38,252 nucleotides of DNA from positions 1 to 38,252 of the forward strand of contig JAPLFN010000120.1 of NCBI GenBank assembly GCA_026390655.1, given 5' to 3'. The notes beneath the pieces were generated by a model. That model had not been told where the DNA came from. It was given only the letters and a program-made list of their open reading frames with translations, and did not search any database. Both the position numbers and the translations under genes were made by a program. The stretch is from Candidatus Kapaibacterium sp. Its GTDB lineage: Bacteria; Bacteroidota; Ignavibacteria; Kapaibacteriales; Kapaibacteriaceae. Shown here in pieces: positions 18,471-27,500 of the stretch; within the stretch, counting starts at the first letter, position 1; each line of letters begins with the position of its first letter.

Positions 18471-19915
18471 TGCACCACCACTTTTTTTGAACATAGTGGT
18501 TTTGTCTGGCTTCGTAGCTGCAATACGTACGCTCCTGAACCAACAGAAGCAGGCACTACAAACGTGTAGGCTATTTTTTCTCGCACAGGTGTGGGAGCGA
18601 GCGCGCCGCGAGCTACTTCTCTGCCATCAACCGAGAACAATACCCACGTTGTGGCTTCCTTGCCCGGGCATGTTACCGTAATAACGCCCGTCATCGGATT
18701 AGGGTACACCGTATTACTGTCCTGACTTGCTTTGAAGTCGGGAACGCTAGAAGTACTCGGAATCAAACTCTCGGCGCGTAAGCCACCTTCCCCACGGCCA
18801 TTGGTGAAACCGATGGTGAGAGCCGAGTTGTTTGTGGCGCCAGCATATACGGACCACGAGTTGCCGAAAAACTTACTTGTGTCACTCATTTTGTTTAAGG
18901 GGACCGAGTCTCCAACATTGTAGAAAACGAATCCGCGCCAATCTGCTGGAATCTGCTTTGAGTCTCGCAAGCAGAAGAAGCGGGCCGCGTCCTTGGACCA
19001 TGAAGGGTTTTGAAAGTCGTCATCATTCTCCCCCGTAAAATCTCCCGTAATAGACCAGATCACCTTGCCCGTTTCGATCTCTGTGACGCTGGCTCGGGGG
19101 CCTGTGACGGGGTCGGGGCCGAAGCCTATTGGCAAACCATAGCCTGAGGCCATAACGTGGCGTCCGTCTCCCGAGACAGCACAGAAGCCACATTCCTTGG
19201 TATGCCGAAAAGTTGGTGCGCCGTTTCCTATCGTTGCAATCGAAACACGATTGCGGGCACTGACACTGCCGATGCTGCCACTTGATACGAAAACCATTTG
19301 ATGCTCTGCATCATCGAAGTCGCAACGGTAGTATGATCTTGCGTCAACGAGATACGATGTATCTTCTTGCAAGTCATGCAACCTCATCTGGTAATAGAAG
19401 TAGTTCGGCACGCTTACCGACCTTGTTGAGTCCGGCACAATCACATAGCGCCCCGACGGCGAGACCTTCACGCGCACCCCCCCCCAGTCTGCCCCGAAGC
19501 CACTGCCGTAGAACATGCTGTCCTTGATAATACGCTTGGACGGGTAGTCCATCAACAGAACTTTGCAGACTTTCTCATTTCTGGCAACAATCAACGCAAG
19601 TACCTTACCGTCACGAGAGCACGAGATGTCTACTACTGCGCTAAACCGGTCACTAGCCTTGCCATTGGACCAGTCACTCATCTTGATTGTGTCACGAGCT
19701 TCTCCGGTCTTTGCGTCAAGCACGTAGATGCGTTCATCTTGCGCACCGCCAAACAAAAGTCCCGCACCTTCGGCCAAGGCTATCCCACCAGTCGGGTACG
19801 GATTGCTAACCTCCCACAACACTTGCCCCACTCTAGGTAATGTCTGGGCTTGCATGGAGGTGGCTGCTAAGATCAACGATAGTATTGCAGCGATAATCGT
19901 TTTAATGTTTATCAT
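18467..19915 (-). CDS. T9SS-secreted beta-propeller protein (WD40/PQQ-like) with type A CTD
   Basis: Signal peptide ending AQ; SRDGK, VSPSGRY, VSGDGRH, WSKDA blades; CTD VYPNP...FSVDGREV...GAYVLQL...KKVVVQ. Confidence 0.85.
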   Translation of the reverse strand: MINIKTIIAAILSLILAATSMQAQTLPRVGQVLWEVSNPYPTGGIALAEGAGLLFGGAQDERIYVLDAKTGEARDTIKMSDWSNGKASDRFSAVVDISCSRDGKVLALIVARNEKVCKVLLMDYPSKRIIKDSMFYGSGFGADWGGVRVKVSPSGRYVIVPDSTRSVSVPNYFYYQMRLHDLQEDTSYLVDARSYYRCDFDDAEHQMVFVSSGSIGSVSARNRVSIATIGNGAPTFRHTKECGFCAVSGDGRHVMASGYGLPIGFGPDPVTGPRASVTEIETGKVIWSITGDFTGENDDDFQNPSWSKDAARFFCLRDSKQIPADWRGFVFYNVGDSVPLNKMSDTSKFFGNSWSVYAGATNNSALTIGFTNGRGEGGLRAESLIPSTSSVPDFKASQDSNTVYPNPMTGVITVTCPGKEATTWVLFSVDGREVARGALAPTPVREKIAYTFVVPASVGSGAYVLQLRSQTKPLCSKKVVVQ

Positions 19916-20186
19916 TTTCTTATTTCCTTCGGGTGTAGCAGTCAATTGTAGACGGCCGGAAAATCTGTGTCAATGTTACAGCGATTTCAACTTGCAGATA
20001 CCTTGACAAAACCTTTATTCGACAGTCGGTGCGTGAGGCAAGACATTCTAACCGAGGACGATTCACCACGACGATGAACGCGAAACAGCATACTACGGAT
20101 ACTGATCCGCCTTATGTGTTAATACGGTATAAAGTTCCTAGCTTGCTACGATTCTTCAGTCTTCAAGCTGGTTAAGGACGTATTCT

Positions 20187-20324
20187 ATGACAGAGCAGGT
20201 CGTCACGAAAAGAGAATTCAAGGACCTTGTCGCTTATGTGCGTTTTGGCCTGATCCGAGAATGGTACATTGACGTCGCTACGCAACTTCACGCCGGGAGC
20301 CATACTCTCCCGGAGACAGAGTGA
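20187..20324 (+). CDS. Possible 45-aa small protein
   Basis: AAGGA upstream of ATG; MTEQVVTKREFKDLVAYVRFGLIREWYIDVATQLHAGSHTLPETE; below the ORF-track size cutoff. Confidence 0.3.
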   Translation: MTEQVVTKREFKDLVAYVRFGLIREWYIDVATQLHAGSHTLPETE

Positions 20325-20371
20325 TCATATCGATCTCAGTAAGCACGTAATCGTCAGACTAAAGCCAGACG

Positions 20372-20818
20372 TTAATACAACGGCAACACGTCTGCATAGA
20401 CAATGCGTTTGTCGAGGGTGAAGTCCATATCGCCCCCTCCATCAGCATTCTTGTTGCCAAGACTGAGTGCGCGTAGGCGGTTGTCGAGTGGGTCAGAGAA
20501 GAACTGTTCGTACTCCTTGATCACAACGCGATGCTGCGTACCGAGAACGCCGCCATCAACACGAAGAGTACCGCCCCACATGTTTGCGGCGGGAATACGG
20601 TCAATGCGCTGTGACACTACGGGCGTCCACCCAAGATCGTCGCCACCTTCAGATGGGTTCCGCTTCTCGATGGTCACCTCAATCTCACTGCCTGTTTGAC
20701 CCGTGGTGTTGATTCGATATGTAGGCCCAACTACTTGCACGTTGATCGTAGAACCATCGGCGTCGATCGATGCCGTTGCTTGACGGTCGGGTGGAGGCGG
20801 ATGAATGGATAGTACGAC
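20372..20818 (-). pseudogene. C-terminal part of the large partner protein, in the -1 frame
   Basis: Frame is open from 20818: PPDRQATASIDADGSTINVQVVGP...RVVIKEYE...RIVYADVLPLY; no RBS or ATG of its own. Confidence 0.7.
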
Positions 20819-23800
20819 TCACCAGGGTTGATGGTAACGTCACAGAACCATAGTTGACGCTCGGTATCATAGTGTGGCTTGTAGGCCACCACGGTGAATC
20901 GTTCTGTAACACCAAGCTCCTCAAGAGAAACTCCGCTTTGAATCACATCTGCATCGGCAAAGTTTGCGGCAAGAGGTGTTGAATCAGACGGTGTTGGAGC
21001 GCTCAACCAGATCGGATCAAGACCCCATTGCGTTACGTACGGCGTGTGGCTCTCCGGAATGTCGACTTTCGAGAGCGCCATCGATCCTAGGACGGTGCCC
21101 TTCGTGGCAAGTGCTCCTCCGTCCTTGAGATATAGCGTTCCCTTGAAGTCCTTACCGCCGCCTCCACCTCCGCCGGTTCCAGGTGTGAACTTCTGGCCCG
21201 TGTACAGAACAATCCCAACCATCTCCTCATTGCCGGATGAGTACCACGTGCGCTCCATCCAAATACGCAGACCGCCACCCTTACGTGTAGATGTTACGAC
21301 GTTGCCAGTAAGAACTTTTTCGTTTTCTACCCACGTGAATGATGGTATCACATACAAGAGTTTTACAGCATCAGGACGCTTAGAGCTAAGAATGTGGAGT
21401 GCCTTGCCTACGCCCTTGCGTGTAAGGTTTGCTTGATCCTTATTGATCGACTCCGGCATGTACTCTCGGAACAGGGTAGTGGCCGTAGGGACGTATGTAA
21501 CATGACGATGCTTTGTATCGCCAAACTCCTGTGTCTTCTCCGCCATGAGCTTGTCTACTGCGCGGTCTTCCACATGCTGGTCATAAAAGTACGATCGCTG
21601 CTGAAGTTCTTCTGGTCCAGGCTTGTTAAGATTGTCTTCCTTCATCATCCACTCTGTATTCATGTCGATCTTCTGCGTTGTTCGACCATGAACGTAGGTG
21701 TCGCTGATGTTGATCGTTGCATTCGTTCCACCGAATTCACGAAGCGCAACCACCGCCGCTTTCACTTCTGGTTTTTTAAGGGGCTTCTGGGTTGCGTGCA
21801 CAAGATTCAAAACTCGGCCCGGTGTTATCAGCCACGAAAGTCCTCGCGATGCAGCTGCGAGTGCAGCTCCGGCAATGCCCGCCGCTTGTAAGGTTCCCTT
21901 GTGCCCGAGTAAGTCCAGATTCTGATCTGCTTCAGTTTGTTTCTCGCCAAGTGAGCTACTGAACAAGATCTTTGCTTGCTCGCCCTTAGGAAGCATGATA
22001 GTTAATGTGCGCTGTCCAAGATCCCACGTGGGAGCACCGGATCCTTCTGCGAGCTTGATAATGATGCTACGTATCTCGGGCCATACGTCAATCCCGTCAA
22101 AGACCACGGTAACGACGCCGGAGGCTGATGCGACACTCGCCATATTCACGCCAGCGAGAGTGACCTCCATGAGCTGACTCGCTGTAACACCAGGAACACC
22201 GGAAAGCGTAAAGCCACGCGCCAGCGGATCTGGCAAATATGGCGGAACTGCTGACGGACCAGGAACGTATGGGTAGTTGATCGCATTTTCTCGTGCGTCG
22301 CCTGCGGGTGGCACGTTGTCCGTTGCTTCCGGCTTAAGATCTCCGGTAACTGTGCGAGTGTACCAACGAGTTGGAAGCTGCCCGCTCTTCTTTACGATCA
22401 GGTCGTAGGTCGGCACGTCGCCCTTGAGTTTCCCCTTTGGAGTAACATCAAAGAATCCGTGGCGCTCGCACGTTTGTTGAGCGGCAAGGGGAGGATAGAC
22501 GTGACGTTCTGAAGCCTCTGTTGTAGGAACTTCATCAGCATCGTTCTCACTAGCATTGTAATTGCGGATGACCATTCGCTCCAGAGACTCGCCCTCTATC
22601 GGGTGTCTCTTCAGCGCAAGTATCGGCGATACGATCGGGTCCCAGCGCAGGTAACGCACAAGCGCAGTTGTGCATGAAATGTCATCGGGGGCGATCTCGT
22701 TCAAATGAGGACCGTTACCCAGCGCGTCCACCACGCGTGCACGCATCCGATAGCCCCTGCCGTACCGTAGTCGAGGCAGGGAGCCCTTCATAACGGTAAT
22801 GCTGGATTCAATCTGATAGTCGTAGTCAGATGGAGGCGATTGCTTCTTTGTGTCGGGCGCGATCTCATCTTCTGTTCCGATGTGCTGACCGATCAACGGC
22901 GCAACAAGACTCCAGCCTTCCCATTGCATCACGGTTTCGTGAGCGTACAGCGAACGCAAGGATGGCGTGTCGTCGGAGCCAACAGGACGTGAAGCACCGA
23001 AGGTCATCACTCCCTCTTCGTCTGCAACGGAAACGCCCTTGGTCTTTAAGTCGCCGGTGGCATTCGGGAACGTGTACGTAGCGTTGCGTCTCATCAACGA
23101 ATGCCACTTCTTTGAAACATCGTCCCAGACGTCAATTCTGAAGCCACGCAAGAGATCGTCTGCGTAGAGATTGACTTCTGTGTCAGTGACAAGTTTGTTG
23201 TAATTCTGCGCGCTGCGAATAAGAGACTTTGCAAGCTTTAATCCGCGGTTGACGCGGATCAATTGCAGTCCTGTTCCGCGCACTGCCGGTGGTGTTGCAT
23301 CCGACGCAGAATCAAGAGTATCAAAGGTCATCTTCAATCGGTGCAGCATGCCACGCGTGTATTGCAGCGTCTTAAGCGCTGCAGCATCAACATCAATTTG
23401 GATGATGTCAAAATGACTTGCATCGTCCAGACAAAGAACAGCCCCCCTTATCTCAGAATCCGGTAGGGGGCGAGGAAGGAACTGCCAATACTCAGGAGCA
23501 CCTACGCGGTCGAGTCGGTATGCTACCCATGGCGTTGTATTCTTAGTGCCTGGAGTCTTGGGTGACGGGAAATCAACGAGGCAACGTAGACGGCTGACGT
23601 CAGTGAAGCCCGATGGAATCTCGAACTCCACATGCTGAACAAGACCCAGCTTGCGAAGCATGATCGGATACTCGCGCATAAACGAGATCACCTGATGAAA
23701 GTCGTAGGTGGGCCGTGCGATCTTTGGGCGACCAACGCGACGCTGAATCTTATCACCCTTTTTGAGTCCGGGTTTGTCTACACTGTAGTTTCTCGCCGTG

Positions 23801-24540
23801 TGGAAGATCTCTGCCATCAAGAGTCCACCTACGGGCTTATCGTAATCGACGGGCCGAAACAACATCCGCTCAGCCTTTGATGGAACCTCTATTGGACGCT
23901 TATTGATCTCACGGACGGCTCCCTTTGCTGTGTCACCTTCATTCATCCGCTTCGCAGTGTTCGCCATGCCCTGAGACTCCCATGAACTCTTGAGCTGACG
24001 CAGACCCGCTTCGTCTTCATCTGTTGGTGTAAGATCTTTCATCAGATCCATTACCTTGGGCAGCTCAGTTAGAACTCCAAAGTTGGACTTTGTCTTCTTG
24101 AACTTCGATAGGACAACGTCAATTTTTGGAGCTGTAGAAAATTCCTTTGCAAGCGTGACGTATGCGGCGTTGACCGAGTCCATCACGTTCTTCACTGGGA
24201 ATGATACTACCTGAAAATCGGTGAACGGGCGATACTCAAATGGGCGCACAAGCGTTGTTGGCGCAAAGATCGCCTTCCACGTTTCCGAGTCCGCAGCATC
24301 ATCCTTCTGCGTTTGATCCGTCGGCTTTACCTTGATGCCGTCGAAGTCGAGAGTGACCTTGATACCTTTCAACGTTTCCGGCCAATTCAGCCAGTCCGGA
24401 TAGTCGTTCAAAGTACGAGGGGCAGTAGTTGCTTCTTGCAGCTTTGGTGTAACGCTGATCGCTACGGAGAGGTACGTTCTTCCGCTGCGTTGTTCAACGT
24501 CATACGGTATTGCGATCCATTGGAGTTCCTGTGTAGCCAT
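20731..24540 (-). CDS. Large uncharacterised beta-rich protein (1269 aa as read, ~1400 aa if rejoined), no signal peptide
   Basis: GAGGAGG before ATG 24540, 4 nt after the upstream stop; conserved-looking blocks WEGWSL, LPRLRYGRGYRMRARVVDALGN, YLPDPLA, GGGLRIWMERTWYSSG, QWGLDPIW. Confidence 0.85.
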   Translation of the reverse strand: MATQELQWIAIPYDVEQRSGRTYLSVAISVTPKLQEATTAPRTLNDYPDWLNWPETLKGIKVTLDFDGIKVKPTDQTQKDDAADSETWKAIFAPTTLVRPFEYRPFTDFQVVSFPVKNVMDSVNAAYVTLAKEFSTAPKIDVVLSKFKKTKSNFGVLTELPKVMDLMKDLTPTDEDEAGLRQLKSSWESQGMANTAKRMNEGDTAKGAVREINKRPIEVPSKAERMLFRPVDYDKPVGGLLMAEIFHTARNYSVDKPGLKKGDKIQRRVGRPKIARPTYDFHQVISFMREYPIMLRKLGLVQHVEFEIPSGFTDVSRLRCLVDFPSPKTPGTKNTTPWVAYRLDRVGAPEYWQFLPRPLPDSEIRGAVLCLDDASHFDIIQIDVDAAALKTLQYTRGMLHRLKMTFDTLDSASDATPPAVRGTGLQLIRVNRGLKLAKSLIRSAQNYNKLVTDTEVNLYADDLLRGFRIDVWDDVSKKWHSLMRRNATYTFPNATGDLKTKGVSVADEEGVMTFGASRPVGSDDTPSLRSLYAHETVMQWEGWSLVAPLIGQHIGTEDEIAPDTKKQSPPSDYDYQIESSITVMKGSLPRLRYGRGYRMRARVVDALGNGPHLNEIAPDDISCTTALVRYLRWDPIVSPILALKRHPIEGESLERMVIRNYNASENDADEVPTTEASERHVYPPLAAQQTCERHGFFDVTPKGKLKGDVPTYDLIVKKSGQLPTRWYTRTVTGDLKPEATDNVPPAGDARENAINYPYVPGPSAVPPYLPDPLARGFTLSGVPGVTASQLMEVTLAGVNMASVASASGVVTVVFDGIDVWPEIRSIIIKLAEGSGAPTWDLGQRTLTIMLPKGEQAKILFSSSLGEKQTEADQNLDLLGHKGTLQAAGIAGAALAAASRGLSWLITPGRVLNLVHATQKPLKKPEVKAAVVALREFGGTNATINISDTYVHGRTTQKIDMNTEWMMKEDNLNKPGPEELQQRSYFYDQHVEDRAVDKLMAEKTQEFGDTKHRHVTYVPTATTLFREYMPESINKDQANLTRKGVGKALHILSSKRPDAVKLLYVIPSFTWVENEKVLTGNVVTSTRKGGGLRIWMERTWYSSGNEEMVGIVLYTGQKFTPGTGGGGGGGKDFKGTLYLKDGGALATKGTVLGSMALSKVDIPESHTPYVTQWGLDPIWLSAPTPSDSTPLAANFADADVIQSGVSLEELGVTERFTVVAYKPHYDTERQLWFCDVTINPGESYYPFIRLHPTVKQRHRSTPMVLRSTCK

Positions 24541-24544
24541 GATA

Positions 24545-27500
24545 TCAGGCCTCCTCATAGTCAAAACTTGAACAATAGAGTTCCCAGAGCGATGGCTCTG
24601 GTAGTGCGTCCTTGAATGTCGGATCGCCGTCGGAGCCCTTTAGTTGACGTTCTACGGTAACGCCTACGCTAAAGCTGAAGAACAATATCTCGATCTCTAC
24701 TTCGATGGTAGCAACACCAAAGACCTTGCCGTTGCTTTGCCATGTGAGTTTCAACTCAAACAACAAATTGATGTGGATGAGACCGAGAACGGAAAGGTTT
24801 CCTGTCAGTCGGAAATAGCCGGTAAGCTCCGATTGACTCACAAGCTTGCCTTCGATCTCTTTCTGCTCAAGCTTGTAATAGATGCCGGCCATCACGCTTG
24901 CGCCGCCAGATGCTATCCCGCAATCGAATGCGAAGTTGCCTCCAAATTCGAACGCGGCCTCAAGCATGCGCACACCCGATGGTGTGATCTCTATGCCGAA
25001 GAATCCGCCCCCTGCAAACATCATAATTGTCAGGCGGAACGGATTATCCTTTGTGCAGAACGCGAAATAGGCGGAGAAGGGGCGACCATCAAATGGTATC
25101 GTGATGCTCATGAGGAAGGCCATGTTCTGCAAGGAGAACACACCTACTGTCACGTTCGGCAAGCCGATCGTCATCGAAGCGGTGATGCCCGTTGGAAGTA
25201 CGCTGAAGTCAAATGAGAACCCAACGCCACCGCCACCACCACCCTTGGGAATGAGATCCTTGAGCTTATTGACGAACGATAGCGGACCAGCAAACTCTAC
25301 GCTCTTGATGTCCGGGTTGATCGATGGTTTCTCGCCGATCTTTGCCGAGAAGGAGATCTTGTTGAACGTGATGATGAGGAACTGTGCCGCACCATCGCCA
25401 ATGAGATTGATGATGAAGTTCGAGAGCGATCCGTAGAGTTTTACCTCCGGTGGATCCAGGTTGAGCTTCTTGATGAACTCAGCCTTGAGATAGAGGAACG
25501 CTTTGTCATCTTTATTGGTAGCCGACGGATCGCGAGGCATTAGGATGTTGCCTGGCGAGCCTTTGATCTCTGTTTGCCATTCGTAGACGAGCTGCAGTCC
25601 TTTCTTCAACGACTCAAGATTGCCCGCCACTTCCTTGTACTTGTTTGCAGCTTCGTTACCCGCCTCGATAAGGGGCTCCAAGGCTTTTTCAATCTCTGAC
25701 TTTAGTTCATTGGCCTTGTCTTCGATCCGTTTCTTCCACTCCTTGACGCGATCTTCCGCAGCTTTCTTTCCCGCAGTCACGTAGCTCTGAATCTCAGCCT
25801 TTACTGCGTCGACCTCTGCCTTCAGTGCATCCTTCGCTGCGTTCACTTCGGCAGCAACATCGCCGGCAAGTTTGTTTGCCTCCGCTTTTAGATCATCTGC
25901 CTTTGCCTTGATATCATTGATGTCGTCCTTAATTCCGAAGTCATCCTTCTTGTCGAGACCCGGCATCTTATCGAGATTATTCAGGATGCCTTGCACAAAA
26001 CTCAGGATATCCTTGAGTGTGATGTCTCCGAGGATCTTGCTCTTGAGCAGACCTTCGAAGTACTGCATCGGATCGAAGTTCCCGACGGCAGCTGCAGAGT
26101 TCGCAAGGTCGTTTACTTTTCCCTGGATCGGACCCATGAGGCGTGACAACGCGTCAACGCCAATGCTCGGTGCAGCAAGGCCGCCGGCCTTGTCCGACTG
26201 AGCACCGAAGTCCATCTGCAATGAATCCTTAAGAGCAAGGAACATTTGCGACGGATTCTTAATGTCGGCTACGTTAACAGGTGCCCCCTTGGCAACGGCA
26301 GCGCCGGCTTCAAACGCGTGTGCTAAATACTTCTCATAGAACTCAACTGTGTTACTGCCGCTCGTTCCTAACAACTCTTGTACCTTTTCGATCCGCACTG
26401 TGGACTTCTCCATGCGCGGAAAGAATCTTGGTGTTTCAACAGGGATGGAGTCGTTCGAATACCCCATCAAGAAAAACTCTTGAGTGGGTAGTGCAGTGTC
26501 GCCGCGTTTGATCGAAGGAGCAAAGGCAACTTTCTGTCCGCTCAAGTTTATCGTTCGACGAGACATCAGATTGATGTAGGAGTCGGGCTTGTTAGCACCA
26601 CCCTTAACACCGGTGAACGTTTGAAGTGCTGCTGGACTTGTAGGGCCAGCTGCATCCGGCGACGTGATGAAGGTGAGAGGTATACTGAATTGAATGGTGT
26701 TGTTGTCCCAGTCAGTACCGACACAGTTCCACAATACATCTTGTGGTGAACCACCTCCAATGGTGAACATCGGCCAGAAGCTATTTCCGGAGAACAATGT
26801 TGGTTGCGATGCGATAAGGGGCTTCGGCAGTTCGAGATTCGGTGTCACCTTCGTGGTGATCGTGATGCGCCGGAATGGCAACTCTCTACCTTGATGATCC
26901 ATGCCTGTGAGACCGTCAGCCGGAAACTCTCGCGTTGGTTCACGGAGCATGATGAACATCCGCTGCATGAGATAGGCAGCCATGTCTCCGCGAGGTGTGC
27001 GAACGAACTTGCGTTCCGTTTCCTTAACGAGTGTGGCGCGGTTTCCAAACGGAAAGAGATATCCCTTGTAGGCAACACGAACAAAGCTGTCTCTGCCCTG
27101 TGCGCCGCGTTGGACCCATGATTCTACTTCCAAGTCATCGGATGCGGCAGGATCCCACGATCCCGTACCATCCATCCATGCGCCAAGGGAAGTGAGCATG
27201 AGCCGTTTTACCTTTACCGGCTCCGGCTCGGTCTTGATCATGTTGTAGTTGGATGTAAGATCTACGATCTCACTGCGATCACGGCGATTAAGCGATGTCC
27301 GAAAAGGTCGCTCTTTATAAAGGGGCTGCATTGTACGTGCAGTCCCATAGTCGGGTGACCAGATAGCCCTTACAGTGCGGAAGTATTCGGAATATTCGTT
27401 TACAGTTCCGTCTGTGTGACGAACGCCAAGACGTGTATGCCAAAGTTCCGCACGACGTTGGTCCTTAGAGAGTCCGCTATCTTTTCTGTGCGCAAAACCT

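Noticed and set aside
17829-20818. Programmed ribosomal frameshifting at the two frame breaks
   Set aside because: No canonical slippery heptamer seen in either overlap; mutation or assembly error is simpler
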